From Polyangiales bacterium (lineage in GTDB: Bacteria; Myxococcota_A; Polyangia; Polyangiales; DASUME01): a DNA stretch of 64,000 nt. The translations under genes were made by a program, and so were the position numbers. The notes below the pieces were generated by a model that was given only the letters and a program-made list of their open reading frames with translations, ran no database searches and was not told the DNA's origin. Below are positions 9,492 to 18,977 of this stretch, piece after piece. The stretch spans positions 5,930 through 69,929 of the forward strand of contig JBKJIA010000075.1 of assembly GCA_046598735.1 (NCBI GenBank), read 5' to 3'. Each line of letters starts with the position of its first letter. The first letter of the stretch is position 1.

Positions 9492-10568
9492 TTAGCGGGG
9501 CAGACGCAGCGAAAACGCGGTGCAGTCACTGTTCGATGTAACCGTCACGTCCCCGCCGTGAGCACGCGCGATCGAACGTACGATGTACAGACCCAGGCCG
9601 GTTCCGGGCTGCGTGTCGCTCGCACGCTCGAAGCGTTTGAATAGCGACGGGAGACGCTCAGCAGGAATGGGAGTTCCTCCGTTCGCGATCTCGACCGTCA
9701 CGAAGTCGGCTGCGGCGGTTAGCGCAAGCGAGACCCAGCCGTCGCCGAACTTGACGGCATTGCTGAGCAGGTTGCCTATCGCCTGCTGCATGCGGCGCGG
9801 ATCGAAGGAGCAGTTCGCGGCTGCCTGGATGCGGCGTTCAAAACGCACGTTTGGGTACGTAGCCTGAAAGTCATCCACAAATTCAGTGCAAAGCACAGCC
9901 AAGTCGCCGTACTCCAGCACCGGCTCGAGCTTACGGTCTGCCGCTTGCGCCAACGAGAGCACGTCGCTCGTGAGCTCTTGCATGCGATTTACGGCGCGAT
10001 CGATGCGCGTGGCGATGCCGCGTACCTGGGGATGCTCCTCGTCTTGCAACAAACGCGCACCCATCGCGATCACAGAAAGGGGCGTGCGCAAGTCGTGGGC
10101 GAGCACCGCGATGTGCTGATCCTTGGCCGCAAGAGCATTGGCTTGGCGTCTGATCTCTTGCTCCTTCTGATAAAGTGCGATGAACGCCGCGAGCTTGGCG
10201 AGCAGCGCTTCGGTGTCAAACGGCTTGGTAAGGTAGTCGACGGCCCCGAGCGCATACGCTCGGCTCATCATCGAACGATTCAAATCGCGCGCCGTCAGGA
10301 AAATGACCGGTGTCGTGCGGGCGCTAGGTAGCGCGCGCAGCTGCTTCAGTGTTTCCAGTCCGTCGATGCCAGGCATCATCACGTCGAGCAAAATCAGGGC
10401 GTACTCTCGGCGCGTGGAGTGCTCGATCGCCTCCGCGCCGGAAGCCGCGGTAATAAGGTCGATATCCAGATGGTCAGTGAGCGCCTGCAAGGCCAGCAGA
10501 TTCGCGGGGGTATCATCCACTGCCAAAATCGGGACGCGGTAAGCTGGGCTGATGGAGGATCGGTCCAT
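9492..10568 (-). CDS. hybrid response-regulator/histidine kinase (REC-HisKA-HATPase), tandem paralog of 8316..9425
   Basis: Same architecture. Roughly two-thirds identical to its neighbour by eye. Confidence 0.85.
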   Translation of the reverse strand: MDRSSISPAYRVPILAVDDTPANLLALQALTDHLDIDLITAASGAEAIEHSTRREYALILLDVMMPGIDGLETLKQLRALPSARTTPVIFLTARDLNRSMMSRAYALGAVDYLTKPFDTEALLAKLAAFIALYQKEQEIRRQANALAAKDQHIAVLAHDLRTPLSVIAMGARLLQDEEHPQVRGIATRIDRAVNRMQELTSDVLSLAQAADRKLEPVLEYGDLAVLCTEFVDDFQATYPNVRFERRIQAAANCSFDPRRMQQAIGNLLSNAVKFGDGWVSLALTAAADFVTVEIANGGTPIPAERLPSLFKRFERASDTQPGTGLGLYIVRSIARAHGGDVTVTSNSDCTAFSLRLPR

Positions 10569-10999
10569 GAACCCCGAGCGTGACAGGCCTAGCCAAAAAA
10601 GCCCACCGAACCGTCATGCCTGGCGCAATCATCGCGCAATCAAGCCCTCCGGACCGCGTGGGCGGCGAAAGCTGGAGTCCGCCGAGCGTCAGCATCCCCT
10701 ACGAAACCATGCCCGCAAACTTGCGCAGCCTGCTATGCGGTGAGCAATGCGGCGGCTCTGGCGTCGCCGAGCGTCGCCAGCGAGCAGGCCCAGAATGACC
10801 GATGAAGATAGCTGTATTTTTGCACCGATCGGGATGGCGCGCGTGGTCTACTCGCGGTACCAGAAGTGATGTTTCGCACCACGCCTCGGATCTGAGCTCA
10901 GCCAGATCCAGCCACATAAGCACCGCCGCAAGCACGCGACCCAACCTTACCTTCGAAGTCGGTTTACCTACCCTTTGAACCTGGAAGCGAGGCGCGCAA

Positions 11000-12598
11000 A
11001 TGGAAGCCAGTTCCATCCTCATGCCGGAAACAGATCAGGCGCATCCCTGCGTCATGGTCGTCGAAGATGATCAGCGCATCGGGGAGGCCTTGACGCACCT
11101 GTTGCACGCCGAAGGATATCGCGTGGACCGCTGTTGGGATGGAAAGGAAGCTATCGCCCATCTGCGCGCAGGCACCCATCCCGACGTGATCTTGCTGGAT
11201 CTGATGATGCCGCACGTGAACGCCTGGGAGTTTCGGGTCCAGCAAAAGCACGAACCAGAATGGGCGGAAATCCCGGTTATCGTAATGTCCGCCGACGACT
11301 CTCCGCAGGCCTCTGCGATCGACGCAGATGCGTATCTCAAAAAGCCCTTCGCTGACACCGTTCTGCTCGATAGCCTGGGCCGCTTGCTACACGGGCGCAA
11401 TCAAGCGCGACGCGACGCCCGCGCAGCCGAGCTCGACCGCATGAATGCGTTGGGCGTCTTGGCGGCGGGCCTCACCCACGAAATCAACAACCCGCTCGCC
11501 TTGATTTCGGGCAATTTGCAGCTCTCCCAGCGGAAGTGCAGGCAGGTCGAAAAGCAGCTGCCTGCCGACGCCAAGTCACTGGTAGATGACCTTACCCATA
11601 TGCTCGCGCAGGCTCAGGCCGGGGTAGATCGCATAGCCGATGTTGTGCGCGGCGTGTCGGCATTCGCGCATCCGGATACGGATCACGTGGTGCCCATGCA
11701 TATTCAGGAGGTGCTCGAGTCCAGCCTGCAACTCGTGGCCAACGAGGTACGACACCACGCTCAGATCGTGCGCGAGTACGCGCCGGTCCCCGCGGTGCTG
11801 GGCAATCCCGCTAAGCTGCAGCAGGTGTTCACCAACCTGCTGATCAACGCTTTGCACGCGATGGACGGGGAACGCGCAACCGCCAACGTCCTGCGTGTCG
11901 CCACGCGCGTTGGAACAGACAATCAGGTGGTGGTCAGTATCTCGGACTCGGGTAACGGGATTGGCCCCGAAGTCCTGGCTCACATCTTCGATCCATTTTT
12001 TTCGACCAAAGAGGTGGGCACCGGCATGGGACTCGGGCTGGCGATATGCCAGCGTTTGATTTCCAACATGGGAGGCACGATCTCCGTCAGTACGGCGCAG
12101 GGGCGCGGTTCCACATTCTCGGTGACGTTCCCCAAGCGGGAGCGCGCTCAGGCGGCCACTCCACCTCCGGCCACGATGGCGTCCACGAGTAAGCGTGCAT
12201 CGGTGCTGGTGGTCGATGACGAAAACATGATGTGCGACCTGTTGCAAAACATGTTGCAAGAACAGTACGACGTGACGACGATTTCGAACCCGCGAGAGGC
12301 GCTGCCAAGGCTACTACAGGGCGAACCTTTCGACCTCGTACTGTGCGATTTGATGATGCCCGAGCTGACCGGCATGGACCTGCACACGGAGCTATCCAAA
12401 ACGCGTCCTGAGCAAGCCGCCCGCTTCGTGTTTATGACGGGCGGCACCTTCACGGAGCGCGCCCGCGACTTCCTCGACCAAATCGAAGGCGCGCCGCTCA
12501 ACAAGCCGTTCCGTGCGGAGGAGTTGTACGCAATGGTCTCCCAACGTTTGCAGCGATTCTCAGAGCGCGAAAGCCAACAACCCCACGCCTACAACTAG
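11000..12598 (+). CDS. hybrid sensor histidine kinase (REC-HisKA-HATPase-REC)
   Basis: N-terminal receiver, H-box LTHEINNPL, GTGMGLGLAI, and a C-terminal receiver (VLVVDDENMM...LCDLMMPELTG). Confidence 0.85.
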   Translation: MEASSILMPETDQAHPCVMVVEDDQRIGEALTHLLHAEGYRVDRCWDGKEAIAHLRAGTHPDVILLDLMMPHVNAWEFRVQQKHEPEWAEIPVIVMSADDSPQASAIDADAYLKKPFADTVLLDSLGRLLHGRNQARRDARAAELDRMNALGVLAAGLTHEINNPLALISGNLQLSQRKCRQVEKQLPADAKSLVDDLTHMLAQAQAGVDRIADVVRGVSAFAHPDTDHVVPMHIQEVLESSLQLVANEVRHHAQIVREYAPVPAVLGNPAKLQQVFTNLLINALHAMDGERATANVLRVATRVGTDNQVVVSISDSGNGIGPEVLAHIFDPFFSTKEVGTGMGLGLAICQRLISNMGGTISVSTAQGRGSTFSVTFPKRERAQAATPPPATMASTSKRASVLVVDDENMMCDLLQNMLQEQYDVTTISNPREALPRLLQGEPFDLVLCDLMMPELTGMDLHTELSKTRPEQAARFVFMTGGTFTERARDFLDQIEGAPLNKPFRAEELYAMVSQRLQRFSERESQQPHAYN

Positions 12599-12627
12599 CT
12601 GCGCCGGCGGCGCCGCCTGACGGCTTC

Positions 12628-13608
12628 TTATTGCGCGAGGTCCTTCGTGACCGCGTCGATGCGCTCCAGCACCTCGGATGTCAGCTTGGGTAGCAACTCC
12701 AGCGCTTTGAGATTTTCTTTGAGCTGATCGAGCTTCGAGGCGCCCAAAATGACCGTGCTGACCTGAGGGTTCTTCGCAGCCCAAGCAATCGCCAGCTGAG
12801 TTACCGACCCGCCCAGCGACGCGGCAATTTCTGCGAGCTTCACCACGGCGTCGTTCTTTGCTTTGTCGGTCAGGCCCTCGCGCAAGAAGCTCAGGTTAGC
12901 CATGGCACCGCGCGTTCCTTCGGGAATGCCGGCCTTGTATTTGCCGGTCAGCAAACCTGACGCGAGCGGGCTCCAAGTGGTCAAACCCAAGCCGATATCC
13001 TGGTAGAGGGATGCGTACTCGCGCTCCACGCGTGCTCGGTGAAACAAGTGATATTGGGGCTGCTCCATCACCGGCTTGTGCAAGTGCAGGCGCTCCGCGA
13101 CGTCATATGCGGCGCGAATCTGCTCGGCGCTCCATTCGCTCGTTCCCCAATACAGCGCCTTACCTTGCTGGATGATGTCGTGCAGCGCGCGCACGGTTTC
13201 TTCGATCGGCGTGTGCGGATCCGGGCGATGACAAAAGACTAGGTCCACATAGTCGAGCTGCAAGCGCTTGAGCGAACCATCGATAGCCTGCATCAGATAC
13301 TTACGGTTGAGCGTGTCCTTACCGTTGACGGGTGCTTTGGCCCGATCGATGCCCCAGAAGAACTTCGTCGACACGACGTAGTTGAGACGAGGCCAAGCCA
13401 GCGCTTTGAACGCCTCGCCCATGACCACTTCGCTTTGTCCGTTCGCGTAGGCCTCGGCGTTGTCGAAAAAGTTCACGCCTGCATCGAAGGCTTGCGCCAT
13501 GCATGCGCGGGCTGCGCTTACGTCGATTTGGTTTCCGTAGGTCACCCAAGAGCCAAAAGACAACTCACTCAGCTGCAGGCCGGATCGGCCGAGGCGACGG
13601 TATTTCAT
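12628..13608 (-). CDS. aldo/keto reductase (Kv-beta-like subfamily)
   Basis: [21 protein letters not shown]...[14 protein letters not shown] is a typical AKR N-terminus. Start set to ATG 13608 inside ORF 12628..13971. Confidence 0.85.
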   Translation of the reverse strand: MKYRRLGRSGLQLSELSFGSWVTYGNQIDVSAARACMAQAFDAGVNFFDNAEAYANGQSEVVMGEAFKALAWPRLNYVVSTKFFWGIDRAKAPVNGKDTLNRKYLMQAIDGSLKRLQLDYVDLVFCHRPDPHTPIEETVRALHDIIQQGKALYWGTSEWSAEQIRAAYDVAERLHLHKPVMEQPQYHLFHRARVEREYASLYQDIGLGLTTWSPLASGLLTGKYKAGIPEGTRGAMANLSFLREGLTDKAKNDAVVKLAEIAASLGGSVTQLAIAWAAKNPQVSTVILGASKLDQLKENLKALELLPKLTSEVLERIDAVTKDLAQ

Positions 13609-13712
13609 GGCGTCTCCGTTCTGTGCGCCGCGACTGCTAGGGCAGCGCTCTCCAAGATTGGTTGGCGGAACCCTACCAGAGTCGCGCGCCAAGGCACCTG
13701 CGTTGCAAAGAC

Positions 13713-14402
13713 TCAGGTGCCCGCGCGAGCGCGAGGTGTGCGCCTGCTCTCGCTTGGCAACCTTGCTCCACAGTGAGCTTGTGCCTGTTGAGCGCGCTCG
13801 CACAGGGCATCGCGCGCGGCGCCTTGAGACGCCCCCAGCACGAGCAAACAGGCCGCATAAACAAAAGCCGACCGATAACCGAGCGGCGTAAGCGCGCCGC
13901 TTGCGCACTCGATGGCACTGACGACGGTCTGCGCTGAAAGGCGCGCCGCGAGCGTGCTCGGATCGGCCCATGTCGCAAGCTCGCCGTGCCCTTGCATCTC
14001 GCGCAGCGTACTCTCGGCCTCGCCGCGAATCTGCTCACTTACTTTCCACGCCAAGCCCTGGCCCGTTTCGGACTTGAGGAACACGCCCATGAAGGCGCGC
14101 TCGTCGTCGTCCGTTCCCGAGAAACCGCGGGACCAGAGCTCGAATAGCCCGAGTAAGCGCTGATATCCGCGACCCGGAACTTCCCCCAGACTCTGCGCTC
14201 GCACCGACGCTTCCACGTAGGGCTGCATGGCTTCGTTCAACAGCCCCTCCTTGCTGCCAAAGGTTCGATAGATCGTAGGCACGGAGATCCGGCAGGCCTT
14301 CGCCAACGCGCGCACGTTTACCCCCTCGACCCCGTGCTTGATGACAAAGCGCCGTGCAGCGCCCAAGATCCGTCGACGCCGCTCGACGAGCTGCTTTTCC
14401 AT
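13713..14402 (-). CDS. TetR/AcrR family transcriptional regulator
   Basis: HTH region [32 protein letters not shown]. Start taken at [13 protein letters not shown] (14402). Confidence 0.8.
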   Translation of the reverse strand: MEKQLVERRRRILGAARRFVIKHGVEGVNVRALAKACRISVPTIYRTFGSKEGLLNEAMQPYVEASVRAQSLGEVPGRGYQRLLGLFELWSRGFSGTDDDERAFMGVFLKSETGQGLAWKVSEQIRGEAESTLREMQGHGELATWADPSTLAARLSAQTVVSAIECASGALTPLGYRSAFVYAACLLVLGASQGAARDALCERAQQAQAHCGARLPSESRRTPRARAGT

Positions 14403-14440
14403 TAGGCTGACGGAGTTTGGACTAGCGCGCGGCGACATCT

Positions 14441-14473
14441 GATAACATGTTAACATCGCGATAACGCGTTATC
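14441..14473. promoter_or_regulatory. two operator-like palindromes (GATAACATGTTAAC and GATAACGCGTTATC)
   Basis: 14460..14473 is a perfect 14-bp palindrome. 14441..14454 contains the perfect 10-bp core TAACATGTTA. The centres are 19 bp apart, in the intergenic region between the TetR gene and the divergent SnoaL-like/SDR genes. Confidence 0.65.
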
Positions 14474-14564
14474 AACACCAACACCGTGCTTTTCATAGGC
14501 TTATCGCAGCTTAATCCGGCCTTGAAAACACGAAGCATGAAGCGACCGAAAGAGGCTCTCCACG

Positions 14565-15038
14565 ATGACAACCGTAAGCTCTCCCACCGCCAAAAAGGGC
14601 ACGGGCGCCCGCCTTACGCTCGACAATCTTCCCCAGGTGCTCGGTCGCTCTATTGGCGGCGACGGCAAGCCGAGCTGGGATCACATCTACGAGTACTACG
14701 CGCCCAACATGCGCTTTCAGGATTCGATCCAGACCATTCACGGACGCGAGCCCTTTATCGAGATGTGCCAGCGTCTTGCGAAGCGCTCCAAGGAGCTGCG
14801 CATGGACATCACGGGTCTGGCCCAGAACGGTAACTTCATCTTCTTTCAATGGACGATGACGATCAAATTTGGCGACACCAAGACCACCCCACTCTACGGC
14901 TGCAGCAAGCTGACCCTGAACGAACATGGTCAGATTCTCGAGCAGCGCGACTACTACGACTTATGGGGGGACACCTTTGACATCATCCCGGGCTTCAACC
15001 GCCTCTATCGCGGCTTCATGCGCAAGGTGTTCGGATAA
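14565..15038 (+). CDS. SnoaL-like / NTF2-fold protein
   Basis: 157 aa with a small alpha+beta NTF2-like pattern. RBS AGAGG lies 9 nt upstream of the ATG. Confidence 0.55.
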   Translation: MTTVSSPTAKKGTGARLTLDNLPQVLGRSIGGDGKPSWDHIYEYYAPNMRFQDSIQTIHGREPFIEMCQRLAKRSKELRMDITGLAQNGNFIFFQWTMTIKFGDTKTTPLYGCSKLTLNEHGQILEQRDYYDLWGDTFDIIPGFNRLYRGFMRKVFG

Positions 15039-15039
15039 T

Positions 15040-15996
15040 ATGATGTTTATCAAGCTTACTCCCCAACGTAGTACCAACGTAAGCATGCAAGGCCGCGTAT
15101 GCGTGATCACGGGTGCAAACTCCGGCGTTGGTTTCGAGACTGCTAAGCGACTTGCCCAGGCGGGTGCGCATGTGGTGATGGTATGTCGCAGCGAACAACG
15201 CGGCATGGCAGCCAAGCGTCTCATCGAAGCCGTGGCAACCGGACCTGTCGACTTACTGTGCGCAGACCTTTCCGTGATGTCGAGCGTGCGCGAGCTAGCC
15301 AAGGAGCTGCTCGCTCGCTACCCGCAGATTCACGTGTTAATCAACAACGCGGGGCTACACTCCACCACGCGCTCCAGCACGGTGGATGGCTTTGAGACGA
15401 CGTTCGCGGTGAACCACCTGTCGACGTTCCTGCTCACCATGTTGCTGCTCGACAGGCTCAAGGCGAGTGCGCCTGCGCGCATCATCCATGTGAGCTCCCA
15501 GGGGCATCGCTTCGGCGGCTTGGACCTCAACGACTTGCACTGGGAAAAGCGCTTCTATCGTGGCCTCAAGGCCTATGGCGCTGCCAAGACCGCCAACCTA
15601 CTCTTCACGTGGGAGCTCGCGGAAAAGTTACGTGGCACGGGTGTCACCGTAAATGCTGTGCACCCAGGAGAAGTAAAGACTCAGATCGGACGCGACAACG
15701 GCCGTCTCTGGCATGCATTCCACGAGCAAGTCGTGTCTCGCATGCTCAAGGACGCAAGCTTGTCAGGAGAGGCGCTCTATTATCACGCGGCAAGCCCCGA
15801 GCTTGCTCGCGTGAGTGGACGCTTCTTCAACATGACACACGAAGAAAAGCCACACGCTCACGCTCGGCCCGGCTCTAGCCGGTCGCTTGCGAAGATCGTG
15901 TGGCTACTCAGTGAGCAACTGACCGGCCTGACCCGCTCTGTAGAAGCACCCCTACCCACGAGCTTGCCCGTAGCAAGAGTGCCGGCATCGAGCTGA
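15040..15996 (+). CDS. SDR family oxidoreductase
   Basis: TGANSGVGFETA Rossmann motif, NNAG, and catalytic Y-x3-K (YGAAK). Start ATG 15040 lies right after the upstream stop. Confidence 0.85.
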   Translation: MMFIKLTPQRSTNVSMQGRVCVITGANSGVGFETAKRLAQAGAHVVMVCRSEQRGMAAKRLIEAVATGPVDLLCADLSVMSSVRELAKELLARYPQIHVLINNAGLHSTTRSSTVDGFETTFAVNHLSTFLLTMLLLDRLKASAPARIIHVSSQGHRFGGLDLNDLHWEKRFYRGLKAYGAAKTANLLFTWELAEKLRGTGVTVNAVHPGEVKTQIGRDNGRLWHAFHEQVVSRMLKDASLSGEALYYHAASPELARVSGRFFNMTHEEKPHAHARPGSSRSLAKIVWLLSEQLTGLTRSVEAPLPTSLPVARVPASS

Positions 15997-16043
15997 GTGC
16001 CTGAGCCTGAGCCTGAGGGAGCCCTACCGTGTCAGCCAGGGAG

Positions 16044-16928
16044 TCACATCGCTTTGGGCTGGACTACGATTTCGACGCGGCGGTTGTTGGCGCGTCCCTC
16101 GGCCGACTTGTTGTCTGCGATTGAGCGAGTCGAGCCAAAGCCCGCCGCCGTCACACGGTCCGCTGCGATACCGCGCGACACCAGGTAGTCGCGAACGGTC
16201 TGCGCACGACGTTGTGACAGGTCATCGTTGTACTTCGCTGCGCCCTGCGAATCGGTGTGTCCTTCGACCACCATCTTCGAATCTGGGTCCTGCTGGGTCA
16301 ACGCTTCTGCAACGCTGTTCAACTTGACCTGCGCTGCGGGCAAGAGCTCCGCTTTGCTCGACGCGAACAACACGCCGCCTGAAAGCGTGATGACCATGCC
16401 GCGTGCTTCTTGCTTCACCGAAGCAAACTTGGCGAGGTCCGCCGCAGCTTGTGCCGCACGCTTCTCAGCGGCCTCGCGCGCCTCTTTCTCGGCTGCCAAC
16501 TGCTGTGCCTGGCCCTCCATCGCCGCACCCTGGACCGCCAGCTGCTGCTTGGCTGCCCCGAGCTGCGCCGCCGTGGCCTTCACCTGCGCCGTTTCGGCGT
16601 TGTGCATGGCATTGACGGTCTTCTCCTGAGCATTACTCGCTTTGGTCGAGCTCGCGCGGACCTCCGCGATCTTTGCGCGTCGGTCGGCAACGTACGCAAG
16701 GTCTCGTGTATCCTGCGTGTCTCCGTCTTCGGTGAACGACTTCTCCGCCGCGTCCATCGCTAGTTGGGCGGTATGGAGATCGGACGGGTTGAGCTGCGCC
16801 GCCGGACCGTGCTGCGCACGATCGAACGATTCGCGCGCAGAGATCAGATCGGCCGGTGGTGTCGTCGTGGCACAACCAAGGCTGGAGAGGACAACAGTAA
16901 GGCCGAGGCTCGCGATTGACTTTTTCAC
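16044..16928 (-). CDS. OmpA-family lipoprotein with coiled-coil linker
   Basis: Lipobox LSSLGC, an Ala/Gln-rich coiled coil, and a C-terminal OmpA domain (GHTDSQG...NRRVEIVV). Confidence 0.85.
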   Translation of the reverse strand: MKKSIASLGLTVVLSSLGCATTTPPADLISARESFDRAQHGPAAQLNPSDLHTAQLAMDAAEKSFTEDGDTQDTRDLAYVADRRAKIAEVRASSTKASNAQEKTVNAMHNAETAQVKATAAQLGAAKQQLAVQGAAMEGQAQQLAAEKEAREAAEKRAAQAAADLAKFASVKQEARGMVITLSGGVLFASSKAELLPAAQVKLNSVAEALTQQDPDSKMVVEGHTDSQGAAKYNDDLSQRRAQTVRDYLVSRGIAADRVTAAGFGSTRSIADNKSAEGRANNRRVEIVVQPKAM

Positions 16929-17296
16929 TGGTGTGCTCCTTGTTCCATATTCGTCGAACGCTGAACGTTCGCCTGATCGACCGCGCTCTTCGCTGAGTCC
17001 TCAGCGTCTTCTTCTCGAGTCAGGGCAACTGCAAGCTCCGCGTCTGCCTTGGCGCGCGTGAGCAAGCTCTTGGCCTTCTCGTTGTCGTCATCTTCCATGG
17101 CAGCTTTCGCCTGGGCGATCTGCTCCTCGGCAAGCTTGAGGTGGAGCTGCGCTTTGGGATTCTTCTGCCCGCCCAGCTCATTGGCGCTGCGACTTGCAGC
17201 TTGAACTTCGGCCAACTGATCCGTGGGGGGCGGGATACTACCTCCGCAACCAAGCGCAAGCAGCAGCGGTGCGATCATCTTGATGGATGTTTTCAT
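16925..17296 (-). CDS. DUF4398-like lipoprotein
   Basis: Lipobox LALGC. The helical Ala/Glu-rich body is typical of DUF4398 proteins that pair with OmpA-family genes. 4-nt overlap with the OmpA gene. Confidence 0.65.
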   Translation of the reverse strand: MKTSIKMIAPLLLALGCGGSIPPPTDQLAEVQAASRSANELGGQKNPKAQLHLKLAEEQIAQAKAAMEDDDNEKAKSLLTRAKADAELAVALTREEDAEDSAKSAVDQANVQRSTNMEQGAHQ

Positions 17297-17493
17297 GAGC
17301 TCTTCTCGACCTTCGTCTTGAACGTCGTCGTTGTTATCCGTAGCTGAAAGACGACGTCGTCATTCAGCACGTCGATCTGCTGTTCGGTCGTACCGCCATT
17401 GCGCGCATGTTCGCGCGATTGCGGCTGACCTAGCAGCACCCCGATTTTGCTAGTGCCACGCTTCGCGTCGCCGAGCAACTAAACTATGTGTAC

Positions 17494-17509
17494 TGCATGG
17501 AACGTGCCG
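17494..17509 (-). promoter_or_regulatory. candidate sigma-54 promoter for DUF4398/OmpA operon
   Basis: Minus strand reads CGGCACG-TTCC-ATGCA with correct GG-N10-GC spacing. It lies about 187 nt upstream of ATG 17296 and just downstream of the adjacent EBP gene. Confidence 0.5.
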
Positions 17510-17615
17510 CCTACGAAAGAAGCTATTTTGCGGATGAGTCGTGGCAAACCGATGCTAACCGTCTGCCGCGTCATGGGCATGCTCCGAAACGCCACAGCCT
17601 TAATGTCCCAACACG

Positions 17616-18977
17616 TCATTCGACGCCGTAGCTCTTGAGCTTGCGATACAAAGTACGCCGATCGAAGCCGAGAGAAGTCGCCGCCTGGGTCTTACTTCCA
17701 TTCAACGCTTGCAGTACTTGAAGGATGTAGCGCCGTTCGACTTCTTCCATCGGTAGAAGCTCAAGCGGATTCTCGAGCGGCAAAACGAAGTTCTTTCCTT
17801 GAAATTCGCTGATGTACTCGGGCAAATCTTGGACGGTAATGCAGTCGCCCTGGGTCAGGGCTACGGCTCGCTCCATGCAGTTCTGAAGCTCGCGTACGTT
17901 GCCGGGCCAGGTATAAGTAAGCAGCTTCTCTGCGGCGGATGCATCGAGCCCGGATAGCTGCTTCTTGGAATTTCGCACGTAGTGCTGGATGAAATGCTCT
18001 GCGAGCAAGAGCACGTCGTTGCCGCGTGCGCGCAAGGGGGGCATGTGAATGCGGATTACGTTAATCCGATAGTAGAGGTCCTCGCGAAAGCGCTGCTCTG
18101 AAACTTCGCTCTCTAGATCGCGGCTGGTTGCGGAAATGACGCGCGCATCGAAGGGCTGCTCGCGATCGGCGCCCACGGGTCGTACCTTACGCTCTTGCAA
18201 CGAACGCAGCAGTTTCACCTGAGTCGCGAGCGGCATCTCCCCTATCTCATCCAGGAACAACGTGCCCCCGTTCGCTTGGATGAACAGACCCTTACGGCTC
18301 GCCCTCGCGTCGGTAAACGCGCCGCGCTCATGACCGAATAGCTCGCTTTCGAGCATCGAGTCCGGAACGGCCGCACAATTGAACGCCACGAGCGGCCCTG
18401 ATTTACGCGGCCCACTTTGGTGCAACGCTCGCGCAACCAACTCCTTGCCCGTGCCGCTTTCGCCAGTGATGAGCACGGTCGCATCGGTATCGGCCAGTCG
18501 CGCGAGCATCTCGTAGACCTCTTGCATCGCCGGGCTTTTGCCGATCATGTCGGCAGGAGGCCGGTGGCGCGCCACGACGTCTCGGAGGTGCTTGTTCTCT
18601 TCTTTCAGTTGCCGATGCTCGAGTGCGCGCGTCAGCGTCAGCAAGAGCTCGGGAAGCTGAATGGGCTTGGAAATGAAGTCATAGGCGCCCGCGCGAATGG
18701 CCGCCACCGCCGTCTCCATGCTGCCAAAAGCGGTCACTAAGATCACGGGCAAATTGGGCCAGCCCGCATGCACACGGCGACACAGCTCGATGCCCGTCAT
18801 GCCAGGCATGTTCAAATCCGTGATCACCGCATCGAACTCCTCACGTTCGAGCACGAGCAGGCCACTCGTTCCTGAATGGGCAGACACCACCTCGTAGTCG
18901 CGATGACCCAGCAAGGTACTGATCACCTCGCAGACGGCGGTGTCATCATCGATCAGAAGCAGCCTAGCTTTCGTCAC
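17616..18977 (-). CDS. sigma-54-dependent response regulator (NtrC family: REC-AAA+-HTH)
   Basis: Receiver D-box, Walker A GESGTGKE, GAFTDA loop, ESELFGHE and a C-terminal Fis-type HTH. Confidence 0.9.
   Translation of the reverse strand: MTKARLLLIDDDTAVCEVISTLLGHRDYEVVSAHSGTSGLLVLEREEFDAVITDLNMPGMTGIELCRRVHAGWPNLPVILVTAFGSMETAVAAIRAGAYDFISKPIQLPELLLTLTRALEHRQLKEENKHLRDVVARHRPPADMIGKSPAMQEVYEMLARLADTDATVLITGESGTGKELVARALHQSGPRKSGPLVAFNCAAVPDSMLESELFGHERGAFTDARASRKGLFIQANGGTLFLDEIGEMPLATQVKLLRSLQERKVRPVGADREQPFDARVISATSRDLESEVSEQRFREDLYYRINVIRIHMPPLRARGNDVLLLAEHFIQHYVRNSKKQLSGLDASAAEKLLTYTWPGNVRELQNCMERAVALTQGDCITVQDLPEYISEFQGKNFVLPLENPLELLPMEEVERRYILQVLQALNGSKTQAATSLGFDRRTLYRKLKSYGVE

Noticed and set aside
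13692-13707. Very good sigma-54-like match AGGCAC-CTGCG-TTGCA on the plus strand.
   Set aside because: It points into the 3' end of the minus-strand TetR gene with no plus-strand gene to serve. It is either a chance match or an antisense promoter, and it is not supported well enough to call.
13609-13971. Long N-terminal extension of the aldo/keto reductase ORF (ORF track 12628..13971).
   Set aside because: The extension is Arg/Ser-rich and has no AKR similarity. The canonical AKR N-terminus, [11 protein letters not shown], begins at ATG 13608. The extension also overlaps the TetR gene 3' end.
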